Notes under the pieces: generated by a model
Seen by the model: the letters and a program-made list of their open reading frames with translations, nothing else
What the model was told of the DNA's origin: nothing
Databases searched by the model: none
Origin: an uncultured delta proteobacterium
Lineage (GTDB): Bacteria > Myxococcota_A > Polyangia > Polyangiales > Polyangiaceae
Reading direction: 5' to 3'
NCBI GenBank assembly: GCA_963841435.1
Contig: CAWJCS010000005.1
Coordinates: 1,504,001 to 1,568,000 of the forward strand
DNA: 64,000 nucleotides
Position numbers and translations under genes: made by a program
In this document: positions 1 through 8,672 of the stretch, piece after piece
How the letters are laid out: each line of letters starts with the position of its first letter
Position numbering within the stretch: the stretch's first letter is position 1

Positions 1-1
1 C

Positions 2-229
2 AGCGACGCCACCATGCTGCGGATCCTCGAAGCCAAGGCGGCGGCCGCCGACACCGCGATCCGGGTCACGTCGGACGCCATGCACGCCTGCGGCGGGGCG
101 GCGTTCTCGCGGCACACCAGCGTCGAACGCTTCTTCCGCGACGCCCACGCCGGCGCCGTGATGGCGCCGACGAGCGACGTATTGCGCGAGTTCATCGGCA
201 AGGCCCTGCTCGGGATCCCGCTGTTTTGA
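2..229 (+). CDS. Acyl-CoA dehydrogenase, C-terminal part (5' truncated by window); FadE16/Rv1679-like
   Basis: Frame is open from the window edge. C-terminal ACAD motif AMHACGGAAF...VERFFRDAHAGAVMAPT; lies directly upstream of the Rv1680-like gene. Confidence 0.85.
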   Translation, partial: SDATMLRILEAKAAAADTAIRVTSDAMHACGGAAFSRHTSVERFFRDAHAGAVMAPTSDVLREFIGKALLGIPLF

Positions 230-264
230 TGCGGCGAGCCGCCGAGATCGGCTAAGGAAGCGAC

Positions 265-1077
265 ATGGAACTACTCCTCGGTGCGGTCGCCTACGACCCC
301 AAGGTCGTGACGATCTGGGAAGGTCTCCGCAGCTACTTCCGGGATGACGCTCGTCTCGACCTGGAGGTGGTCCTGTTTCTCTCGTACGAAGCGCAGGTCG
401 AAGCGCTCCTCCAGTCGAAAATCGACATCGCGTGGAACACGAATCTGGCGTTCTTGCAGGCCACCGCCAAGAACGAGCAGTGCAAGCCGCTGGCGATGCG
501 CGATACGGACATCGACTGGCGCACGTTGATCATCGCGCCCAAGGGCGGCGCGATCGGCAAATTGGAAGATCTGCGCGGCAAGCGCCTGGCGCTCGGAAGC
601 CGCGACAGTGGTCACGCGGCGATCTTGCCCGTGCATTTCCTGGCCGAGCTGGGCATGAGCGAAGGTCGCGACTACGAGAGCGTGCGTTTCGATTCCGACG
701 TCGGCAAGCACGGCGATACCGGCAAGAGTGAGCTCGAGGTGCTGCGCGCGGTGCTCGACGGCAGCGTCGCGGCGGGAGCCGTGGGTTCACCGTTCTACGC
801 GGGGCTCGCCGAGCAGCGCATCACGCCCGAGGGCGCGCTAGAAGTGGTGTGGGAGTCTCCCTCCTATCACCACTGCATGTTCACGAGCCGCCCTGGGCTC
901 GGGTCGGCGCAGGCGACGCGCTTCGCGCAGGCGCTGTTTGCGATGAGCTACGACAATCCGAAGCACCGCGAGATCCTCGACCTCGAGGGTCTCAAGCAGT
1001 GGGTCGAGCCCCGGCTCGAGGGCTACGCTTCGCTGAAGCGAGCGGGCGCCGAGCAGGGCTTCTTCCGAGGACACTGA
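265..1077 (+). CDS. PhnD/SsuA-fold substrate-binding-like protein without signal peptide (Rv1680-like)
   Basis: RBS AAGGAAG upstream. Motifs GAVAYDPKVVTIWEG, IDIAWNTNLA, LALGSRDSGHAAILP, GKHGDTG and YHHCMFT. No hydrophobic leader or lipobox. Confidence 0.85.
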   Translation: MELLLGAVAYDPKVVTIWEGLRSYFRDDARLDLEVVLFLSYEAQVEALLQSKIDIAWNTNLAFLQATAKNEQCKPLAMRDTDIDWRTLIIAPKGGAIGKLEDLRGKRLALGSRDSGHAAILPVHFLAELGMSEGRDYESVRFDSDVGKHGDTGKSELEVLRAVLDGSVAAGAVGSPFYAGLAEQRITPEGALEVVWESPSYHHCMFTSRPGLGSAQATRFAQALFAMSYDNPKHREILDLEGLKQWVEPRLEGYASLKRAGAEQGFFRGH

Positions 1078-1088
1078 CGCGTCCGCGG

Positions 1089-2372
1089 TCACCGGCTGCG
1101 GCCGACGGAGCGCCGTCCGACGAGCGTCTTGCCCGTGCCACCCAGCCGCGTCGCCAGGGTGACCATCGAGAAGCCGTAGCGCTCTCGAATTTCGTCGACC
1201 ACGCCGTCGACGCGCTCGTGGCGGTCGAAGAGACAGAGCTGCTCGAAGACGCCGAGATTCGAAAGCTGCAGGCCGAGCAGCCGCACCGGCAGTGAGCGTG
1301 TCCGCGCCGCCGTCAGGAGCTCCTTGACGACCGGGTACAGCTCGAGCTCCGAGCTCGTGGGCGCGAGCGTGCGCGAGCGGCTCAGCGTATTGAAGTCGGC
1401 ATAGCGGAGCTTCAGCGTCACCGTGCGCGCCTTGATGCCACGACTGCGCGCCCGCCAGCAGACTCGCTCGCACAAGCCGCACAGCACCGATTCGATCGAA
1501 GCGGGGTCGGAAATGTCCTCGCGGAAGGTGCGCTCGTTGGAGATGCTGCCCGCCGTCTCGCCCTCGGGGTCGTGCTCGGCGAAGGCGGGGCGCTCGCGGC
1601 CCAGATCGCCCGGGCCTTGCCCGCTCGCGCCGCGGCGAATCGTCGCCGCCCAGGCGCCGAAGATCCGGACGAGCGCTTCGAAGGGGGCGTCGGCCACCGC
1701 GCCGAGCGTGGTGTAGCCGGCCGCGCAGAGCTTGCTCTCCGCCACGGGGCCGATGCCGGGTAACGCGCGCACCGGCAAGGGACCGAGCACGGCGCGCTCC
1801 ACGCCACCGGGAACGAGCATCATGCCGCGTGGCTTGGCAAGATTCGAGGCCACTTTGGCCATGCTCTTGCTCGTGGCCAGCCCGGCACTGGCGGGCAGCC
1901 CGAGCTCGTCCCAGATCGCCGCCGTCAGGTCCAGCACCGATCGCTCGATCGCTACGTCGTCGCTTTCATCGCCAGGCTGCCGGTACAAGCCTTCGCAGCC
2001 GCGGAGGTCGAGGAACATTTCGTCGATGCTGGCGACCAGCACGACCGGCGTGTAGCGGCGCGCCAGCGCACGGACGCGTTCGGCGAAGTCCGAGTAGATG
2101 TCGCCGCGCGTGGGAAGATAGACGGCGTGGGGAGCGAGCTTGCCGGCTTCGACGAGCGACATACCGGATTTGACGCCGAGCGCGCGCACCTCGTAGCTCG
2201 CAGCCGTGACCACGCCGCGACTGCCCGGCTGGCCGCCAACGACGACCGGCTTGCCCTCGAGCGACGGATCGAGCACGCGCTCGACGGACACGAAGAAGGT
2301 ATCCAGATCGAGGCAGCAAATGCGTGGCTGGGGCAGCGGCCCCAGGTGGGCGAGCTGATGCGCAGTGGGCAC
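1089..2372 (-). CDS. dinB: DNA polymerase IV (Y family)
   Basis: CLDLDTFFVSVE, AASYEVR, SIDEMFLD, AKVASNLAKP, LPGIG and the little-finger motif TVTLKLRY. Confidence 0.95.
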   Translation of the reverse strand: MPTAHQLAHLGPLPQPRICCLDLDTFFVSVERVLDPSLEGKPVVVGGQPGSRGVVTAASYEVRALGVKSGMSLVEAGKLAPHAVYLPTRGDIYSDFAERVRALARRYTPVVLVASIDEMFLDLRGCEGLYRQPGDESDDVAIERSVLDLTAAIWDELGLPASAGLATSKSMAKVASNLAKPRGMMLVPGGVERAVLGPLPVRALPGIGPVAESKLCAAGYTTLGAVADAPFEALVRIFGAWAATIRRGASGQGPGDLGRERPAFAEHDPEGETAGSISNERTFREDISDPASIESVLCGLCERVCWRARSRGIKARTVTLKLRYADFNTLSRSRTLAPTSSELELYPVVKELLTAARTRSLPVRLLGLQLSNLGVFEQLCLFDRHERVDGVVDEIRERYGFSMVTLATRLGGTGKTLVGRRSVGRSR

Positions 2373-2391
2373 GGGAGCTCACGAGAGTAGA

Positions 2392-2409
2392 CCTGAACCC
2401 CTGTTCAGG
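2392..2409. promoter_or_regulatory. LexA (SOS) box, Myxococcus type
   Basis: Perfect inverted repeat CCTGAAC-CCCT-GTTCAGG about 20 bp upstream of the dinB start. One mismatch to the M. xanthus LexA consensus CTRHAMRYBYGTTCAGS. Confidence 0.85.
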
Positions 2410-2496
2410 CTAGAGCCACGTAAGCCACGGACATTGGAAAGAATTCCTGGCGGCTTCCCCTGCCGAAAAGCGAACCGCGTCCCGGCACGCCGCGCG

Positions 2497-3204
2497 CTAG
2501 CCGCCGGCATGGCGGCCGAGGCGGATCGCAAGGGCGTGACGGCCCACGCAGCTCACGATCTTGAACGCCGCTCGCGCGCTGCCGCCGAGCGTTCCCGAGA
2601 CCTTCGACTCACCTCCGGCGCGGCGGCGCCAGTGCACGTCAACCTCACGCCGCCGCAGCTCTTGCTGGTGCGCCTTGAGCAAGAGCTCGATGGTGAACCC
2701 GTGACCCGTGTCGCGCACGTCGAGGCGGTCGAGCGCCGCGCGCGTGATGGCCTTCTGCGGGGGCATGTCGTGGTAGTCGGCGCCGAGCGTCCAGCGCATG
2801 AAGAGCGGCGCCAGCAGATTGCCCACGCGCTGCACCGCGCTCATGCTCCCGGGCTCCATCAAGCGCGCCGCGCGCACCCCGAGCACAAGGTCCGCTTGTC
2901 CGGTCACCACGGGTGAGAGCACACTCGGGAGATCGCTCGGATCGTCGCTGCCGTCAGCGTCGAGGAACACCAGCACCGTCGCACCGAGCTGCCGCGCCCG
3001 CGCGACTCCCGCGAGGCAGGCGCTACCGTAGCCGCGGCGGGCCTCCCGCACGACGTCGGCGCCGGCCTCGGCGGCTCGCTCCGCGGTGCGATCGGCGCTG
3101 CCGTTGTCCACGACGATCACCCGGTCCACGAACGGCCGGACACCGTGGACCACGGTCGCAATGACCGCCTCTTCGTCGAGCGCCGGTAGGATCGCGGCGA
3201 TCAT
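2497..3204 (-). CDS. Glycosyltransferase family 2 (DPM1-like)
   Basis: ILPALDEE, VVDNGSADRT, GYGSAC and FLDADGSD (DxD). ATG at 3204 overlaps the upstream stop (ATGA). Confidence 0.92.
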   Translation of the reverse strand: MIAAILPALDEEAVIATVVHGVRPFVDRVIVVDNGSADRTAERAAEAGADVVREARRGYGSACLAGVARARQLGATVLVFLDADGSDDPSDLPSVLSPVVTGQADLVLGVRAARLMEPGSMSAVQRVGNLLAPLFMRWTLGADYHDMPPQKAITRAALDRLDVRDTGHGFTIELLLKAHQQELRRREVDVHWRRRAGGESKVSGTLGGSARAAFKIVSCVGRHALAIRLGRHAGG

Positions 3205-3860
3205 CGCAAGTCGAGCACCACTCGCGTGCGCGGACCCAGGCACGGGTCACGCGCGAGATCGCGGGAGAGCTCGTCGAGGTCCGGTACCTCGTCCACGTCG
3301 CAGCGGGCCGGCAGCTCGCGAACGGACAGGCCGAGCGCGGCGCACCGCTCTCGCGTCTTGTCCGCGACGCTGCTGGTGCTCCAAGGGATGTCCTCGAACA
3401 CCCCGAAGTCGCAGCGGGCGACGCCGATCAGGTAGTAGCCACCGTCGGTGCACGGTCCCAAAAGCAGCTGGCTCGGGTCGTCCCAGTCGCGGAGCGCCTC
3501 GCCGATTGCGTCGAACGGCGCCGTCGGCGAGTCGCTGCTCACGAGGATCGCGCGGCCGTCGCCGAGCACGGCTCGAGCGCGGACCAGCCGAGCGCCAAGA
3601 TCCGGGCCCATTTGCGGCTCGACGGACCAGCCCCGCGGCGAAAGGGCGCGGAGCGCCGCGACGCCATCGTTTTCGGGCGCGGCAAACAGCACGCGCGCCG
3701 CGAACGGCAGACGCGCATAGCCCTCGAGCGTGTCGAGCAACATCGCGCGATAGAGGTCCGCAGCTCTTACTGCGCCGAGCGAGCGCGCGAGGCGCGTCTT
3801 GCAAGCGCCGGGAATCGGGGCGCGCGCCATGACGCCGACCTTCGCGCCGTTCTCGAGCAT
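3201..3860 (-). CDS. TIGR04282/DUF2064 family transferase (GT-A/CofC-like)
   Basis: MARAPIPGACKTRL, QMGPDLGARL, SSDSP, LGPCTDGGYYLIG, IPWST and DVDEVPDL. Start reassigned to ATG 3860 inside the longer ORF. Confidence 0.9.
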   Translation of the reverse strand: MLENGAKVGVMARAPIPGACKTRLARSLGAVRAADLYRAMLLDTLEGYARLPFAARVLFAAPENDGVAALRALSPRGWSVEPQMGPDLGARLVRARAVLGDGRAILVSSDSPTAPFDAIGEALRDWDDPSQLLLGPCTDGGYYLIGVARCDFGVFEDIPWSTSSVADKTRERCAALGLSVRELPARCDVDEVPDLDELSRDLARDPCLGPRTRVVLDLR

Positions 3861-3867
3861 GCCGCGC

Positions 3868-4899
3868 TCACGCACAGTGGAACACCTTGAACATGCGCTG
3901 CCTGAGGGCGTGCTCCCGCTCGAACTCGCGCCGGAGGGCCGAAAGCGCGTTGGAAAGCGGTAGCGGCTCGCGGGTGACGAACAGGTCACGGTCCTCGGCG
4001 CCGACCGGGTGCCAAAACACTCCCTGGGCCGTGACGGTGAGCTCCGGCGCGAGATCCGCGCGCGATAGCACGATCCCCTGCTCGGCCGAGCCGCGGCGGG
4101 CCACGGGTCGGACGACGCGGTCCTCCTCTGCCACCTCCTGGCGATCGAGGAACGCGTGCATGGCTCTGGCGCTCGCGTCGCCCTCGACCGTCGCCGCCCA
4201 ACGTACTCGAAACCCGGCGCCCCGCGCTGCCCGGATCCCCCGCAGCGCCTTGTCCCAGCTGCCCTTTCCGCGATGGGTGTCGTGAAGCTCGGCCTCTGGG
4301 CTGTCGATGCTGATCTGAAACCGAAGGCGCTGTCGATCCAGGCCTTCGAGCTCCCGCAAGCGCTTGCCGAGCAGCAGGATGCCATTGGTGAGCACGGTGG
4401 TGGGCAGCGCTTCGCTGCAGATCGCCAAGAGCTCGGCGATGTACGGCAAGAGCAGCGGCTCGCCTCCAGTGACGAACAGCTCCTTCACGCCGAGGCCCGG
4501 CGCCTCACGAGCGAGCTCGCGAACCGTGTCGAGGCCGAGAGCGCGGCGCTCCGCCCGCGGCGACGAGCGCACGCAGCAGTAGTCGCAGGCAAGATTGCAG
4601 TCGAAATTGGTATAGAGCCAGAGCCGTTCCCCCAGCGCGACGGGCTCCTCGGAGGGCGCCGGCCCCTTGCGCAGCACGTAGCGCGTCCCTGCGGGCTCTT
4701 CGGAGGCCTCGACGATCGAGTTTTCGGTCAGCCTCGCCCATTGGTCGAGGCCCTCGGCGACGCCGAGGTCTCTCGAGACCAGCGCGAAGAGCTCTCCCGG
4801 ACCGAGCGAACGGAGCGCCTCCTGCAGGGTCAAGAGCAGCCCGTCGGCGAAGGTTCGTTCGACGATCCCCAAGTCGAGCTGGGCGGTCAGCTTGGCCAT
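3868..4899 (-). CDS. Radical SAM protein with N-terminal TusA/SirA-like domain (Rv1681/'MoeX'-like)
   Basis: RLWLYTNFDCNLACDYCC (CxxxCxxC), FVTGGEP, TTVLTNG, QISIDS, PELTVTAQGVFWHP and C-terminal FHCA. The first ~80 aa follow the TusA pattern but lack Cys. Confidence 0.9.
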   Translation of the reverse strand: MAKLTAQLDLGIVERTFADGLLLTLQEALRSLGPGELFALVSRDLGVAEGLDQWARLTENSIVEASEEPAGTRYVLRKGPAPSEEPVALGERLWLYTNFDCNLACDYCCVRSSPRAERRALGLDTVRELAREAPGLGVKELFVTGGEPLLLPYIAELLAICSEALPTTVLTNGILLLGKRLRELEGLDRQRLRFQISIDSPEAELHDTHRGKGSWDKALRGIRAARGAGFRVRWAATVEGDASARAMHAFLDRQEVAEEDRVVRPVARRGSAEQGIVLSRADLAPELTVTAQGVFWHPVGAEDRDLFVTREPLPLSNALSALRREFEREHALRQRMFKVFHCA

Positions 4900-4903
4900 G
4901 AGC

Positions 4904-6043
4904 TCAGCGGATCACGCCGCGGGCGCGCAGCTCCTGGTTGGCACGGTCCGAGCGATCGTCGGGGCGTTGCCGCGCGGCCCAGGCCGCGAGCTCGGCGATA
5001 CCCGTCTCGAGGTCGACCCGCGGTTGCCAGCCGAGCACGCCCTTGGCGCGGGAGATGTCCGCAAAACAGTGGCGAATGTCGCCGACACGGTATTCGTTGC
5101 TGAGCTCGGGAGCGAGCGGACTCTCGAGCGCCGAAACCAGCAAGCGCGCGAGGGCGAGGATCGTGACCGCGCGTCCAGAGCCGACGTTGAACGCCTGAAA
5201 GTCGGCCTCGGGCCCTGCGTCGGCCGCCGCGATGGTGGCGGCCGCAACGTCGCTCACGTGCACGAAGTCGCGCAGCTGGGCGCCGTCCTCGAACACCGCG
5301 GGACGGCGCCCGTTGAGCACGCGAGCAGCCCAGATGGCGGCGACCCCGGTGTAGGGATTTCCCAGCGCTTGACGCGACCCAAAGGTGCAAAGGTAGCGAA
5401 GCGCCACGGTGGGCAAGTCGTTGGCGCGGCCGACTACCAGGCATAGTTCCTCCTGATCGCGCTTGCTGATCCCGTACACGCTGTTCGGCCGGAGCGAGCG
5501 CGCTTCGGAGATGGGCAGCGGATCCGCCGTGCGGCCGCATTCGGGACAGGTCGGCTCCCAATGGTGCTCGGCGAGCCTTTCGGCGGAGCGCTCCGCGCTC
5601 ACGAGCTCCCCGTGCTCGGGACAGCAGTAGGCGCCATCGCCGTACACGACCATCGACGACGCGACGACCAAGCGCCGAACGTGCTTCCGCCGAACGACCA
5701 GCTGCTCGAGCAACGTGGCGGTCCCCACGCTGTTTGCGTCCACGTAGCGACGTACCTCGATCATCGACTGACCGTTCCCGACCATCCCGCCGAGGTGGTA
5801 GACGACATCGACGCCGTCGAGAGAGCGGGCGACCGCGTCGGCATCTCGGAGGTCCCCCACGACGAGCTCGGCGTCCTTCGACAGGTGGGGAGCCGTGCCG
5901 TCGGGGTGCGCCTGCAGATCGAGATTGTCGAGAACGCGCACCGCGTCGCCGCGCGCGAGCAACGCGTCCACGAGGTGCGAGCCGATGAAGCCGGCGCCTC
6001 CCGTCACCAGGGCGCGCTCGCCTGCTCTGCGTGTAAAAGCCAT
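4904..6043 (-). CDS. NAD-dependent epimerase/dehydratase (extended SDR, NDP-sugar modifying)
   Basis: ALVTGGAGFIGSHL, ASSMVVYG, YGISK (YxxxK), LRDFVHVSD and GDIRHC. Has a Cys-rich insert (CPEHG...CPECG). Confidence 0.92.
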   Translation of the reverse strand: MAFTRRAGERALVTGGAGFIGSHLVDALLARGDAVRVLDNLDLQAHPDGTAPHLSKDAELVVGDLRDADAVARSLDGVDVVYHLGGMVGNGQSMIEVRRYVDANSVGTATLLEQLVVRRKHVRRLVVASSMVVYGDGAYCCPEHGELVSAERSAERLAEHHWEPTCPECGRTADPLPISEARSLRPNSVYGISKRDQEELCLVVGRANDLPTVALRYLCTFGSRQALGNPYTGVAAIWAARVLNGRRPAVFEDGAQLRDFVHVSDVAAATIAAADAGPEADFQAFNVGSGRAVTILALARLLVSALESPLAPELSNEYRVGDIRHCFADISRAKGVLGWQPRVDLETGIAELAAWAARQRPDDRSDRANQELRARGVIR

Positions 6044-6188
6044 GCCGCCAGGGGTCGGGTACGGTGTGGAGTGGGGAGCGGTTACGATACAGCTCGTCCC
6101 ACCCTCGCGGGCTCCCGCGGCTTCCTCCGCGCCCGTGGGCTGACGAGGCGCACTCGGCTTCGAGGCCGGGACCCACTAGACTCGCCGG

Positions 6189-6974
6189 GTGCAGCTTGGC
6201 CCCACCCTCGGCCGCATCTTGTCGAACCTGGTGCTCCCCGGCTCCGTGGCGGTGTGTCTGGTCGCGGGGTTGCCTTCGGTGGCCCACGCCGAGGGTGGGG
6301 CAGCGCCGAGCTGGTGCGCCCCCGAGCTCGACGTGCTGTCCGGCGACGTGTGTCTCGCCACCCCCGAGCGGCCGAGCGAGCCGAAGACGGTGGTGCTCTT
6401 TCTCCACAGCCTGGTGTCACGGAACACGAGCGTCCAATGGGAGCAGCAGCGCACCATCGCGCGTGCCGCCCGCGGGCACGGGATGGCCGCGCTCATGCCG
6501 CGCGGCCGGCTGGGGCTCGGCCCGGGCGGCGCGCCGGACGTCTGGGCGTGGCCGACGGCCGAGCGCACCGAGCGAGCGGTCGAGGCCGAGCTCGTCGCCG
6601 AATGGACGCGCGCGCGGGAGCAAGCGGAAGAGCGGCTCGGACGGTTCGAGCGCGTCTTCGTGTTCGGCTTCTCGAGCGGCGCGTATTACGCGGCGTCACT
6701 CGCTTTGCGCAATCGCATCGGTGCCGACGGCTTCGGCATCATCGCGGGCGGCTCCGGCGCGAAGTGGAAGGCGCGTCTGGCTCGCACGGTCGAGCACCGT
6801 GCGCCCATCTTCATCGGCTACGGCACCAAGGATCCGGCGCGCGCGGACCCTCGCGGCCTCGCGCGGCTCCTGCACAAGCTCGCCTGGCCACACCGGCTCG
6901 AAGCCAAACCCGTCGGCCACACGGTGACGAACGCGCTACTCGATGACGCGTTCGCGTACCTGACGAAGCGTTGA
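6189..6974 (+). CDS. Secreted alpha/beta hydrolase (esterase-like)
   Basis: Signal peptide ending AHA. VLFLHS, nucleophile elbow GFSSG, GTKD and GH near the C-terminus. Confidence 0.75.
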   Translation: MQLGPTLGRILSNLVLPGSVAVCLVAGLPSVAHAEGGAAPSWCAPELDVLSGDVCLATPERPSEPKTVVLFLHSLVSRNTSVQWEQQRTIARAARGHGMAALMPRGRLGLGPGGAPDVWAWPTAERTERAVEAELVAEWTRAREQAEERLGRFERVFVFGFSSGAYYAASLALRNRIGADGFGIIAGGSGAKWKARLARTVEHRAPIFIGYGTKDPARADPRGLARLLHKLAWPHRLEAKPVGHTVTNALLDDAFAYLTKR

Positions 6975-7219
6975 GCTCGGTGGGTCGCTGTACTTCGTCG
7001 GGCAAATGAAGGCACCGAGCGACTGTGCCGGCAGATGCTGGAAACGCCGGTGCGCTTGACGACGACGTTCTCCGGGGGGCCGGCAGGCCGGAGTCGGGCG
7101 GGCCAGGGCGGGCCGGGCGGGCTCACCTACCTGCCCCCCGCCGCCGTGCATCGTTTGCACGCCCTCTGCGCGGGCCGCATGATCGCATGCTCCCAATGCA
7201 CGAGGTGCCGGCCCCATCC

Positions 7220-8542
7220 ATGACGCGTTCGCCCAACGGGTTCGTTCGACTGACGTGTTGCGTCGCGCTCCTTGCAGCGCTCGGGGGCTGCGGTGGAACG
7301 TCAACCAGCGGGACCACGCTGGGACCGCCCGACGCCGTGCTGTGGGCGGAGGCGACCTCGGGTCCGGTCGAGCTCCGCGGCGTCTACCAGGGGCACACGG
7401 GGACGATCCCGTTCGGTTTCGCGAACGGTAGCTACGTGGTCTCTCCCGATCGCCGTCACGTCTTTCTGCGCAACGACGACGGTTCCTCCATCGTGGACGT
7501 TGACGGCACGGAGCACCCCTTGGAGCAGACGTACTGGCTCGCCTGGTCCCCAGACGGAAAGCGCCTCGCCATGGTGAATGACGGCTCGCCCGTGGTCGCG
7601 GACGACGACGGAACCAATCCCGTGGGTGTTCCCTTCGACGCCCAGGCCCCCACCACCGCGATCACGTGGTCTCCGAACGGAGCCACCGTCGCCTTCGGCA
7701 TCGATCAAACCCTCGTGCTCTCGCCCGCGGACGGAACCACCGCCATCGTGGCCTCGACTGGCCCGCCGACGGCGCCCGAAAGCGACGTGCGCTGGACCCT
7801 CCAACCGAGCTTTTCTCCGGACGGGTCCACGCTCGCCGTGGTCTCGTCGGAGGGGACGCTGACCTTCGTGGACGCTGAGGGCACGGTCACTGCGTCGGTC
7901 CTCGGTGCCACGACTCCGACCTTCGGTTGGTCCGCCGACGGCGCATGGCTCGCCGTGAGGACGGCCAACGGCGCCTGCGTCGTCGCCAATCCTGACGGGC
8001 GGACGCTGGTCGTGCTTCCGGCGAACTGTGTCTCGGCGGCCTGGTCGCCCGTGGACGTCCGACTTGCCGTCAACGATTTCGGCGGCATGGGGCTCGGCAC
8101 GTTGGGCGTCTGGTCCCCAGGTGACGACGCTCCAGTCGCGCTCGCGGACAATCCCGTAGAGTCAACGCACGCCTGGTCGCCGGATGGTTCGATCCTCTCT
8201 TTTGTGTCACGCGACGGTGGCGTCGTGCTCATCGACGCCAGCGACGGTACCGAGATCGCGCGGGCGACGGCACGAGAGCTCGCGTGGAACTCGACGGGGT
8301 CGCGGTTGTTCTTCGTGTCCGACCAGGACGAGGTCGTGACGGCAGATGGGCGCGGTGCCTCGCAGCTGTCCATTGCGGGCGACGCGCGCGGCGTCACGTG
8401 GTTACCGGATGGGGAGCATCTCGCCGTCGCTGCGTCGCGCGAGGTGTTCACGGTGGGGGCCAATGGGGAAGGCCGAGTGATGGTCTCGGAGATCCCCGCG
8501 GGAATCGCGGCGGTTGGCTGGGCCGAGCCGCAGTCGCCCTGA
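7220..8542 (+). CDS. TolB/WD40-like beta-propeller lipoprotein
   Basis: Lipobox LGGC and repeated WSPDG/FSPDG motifs. Start reassigned to ATG 7220. Confidence 0.8.
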   Translation: MTRSPNGFVRLTCCVALLAALGGCGGTSTSGTTLGPPDAVLWAEATSGPVELRGVYQGHTGTIPFGFANGSYVVSPDRRHVFLRNDDGSSIVDVDGTEHPLEQTYWLAWSPDGKRLAMVNDGSPVVADDDGTNPVGVPFDAQAPTTAITWSPNGATVAFGIDQTLVLSPADGTTAIVASTGPPTAPESDVRWTLQPSFSPDGSTLAVVSSEGTLTFVDAEGTVTASVLGATTPTFGWSADGAWLAVRTANGACVVANPDGRTLVVLPANCVSAAWSPVDVRLAVNDFGGMGLGTLGVWSPGDDAPVALADNPVESTHAWSPDGSILSFVSRDGGVVLIDASDGTEIARATARELAWNSTGSRLFFVSDQDEVVTADGRGASQLSIAGDARGVTWLPDGEHLAVAASREVFTVGANGEGRVMVSEIPAGIAAVGWAEPQSP

Positions 8543-8672
8543 TCGGCGCGCTCCCGTCGCTTCGAGCGGCGGCGTCCGCGCCGGCGCGGCCAGGCCCGGT
8601 GTTCCGGCCGCGAAGGGGCGCTCCGAATCGTCCCTACACTCGGTCATCACCCGCGAGTAAGCTCCCGCCCGA

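Noticed and set aside
2497-6043. Selenocysteine read-through in the radical SAM/TIGR04282 operon
   Set aside because: The TGA codons sit at natural protein ends followed directly by the next gene. No in-frame TGA falls at a catalytic Cys position.
6975-7219. Intergenic stretch with a GTGCA-N5-TGCAC palindrome and short ORFs
   Set aside because: A 5-bp arm palindrome is not significant alone, and the short ORFs show no recognisable homology.
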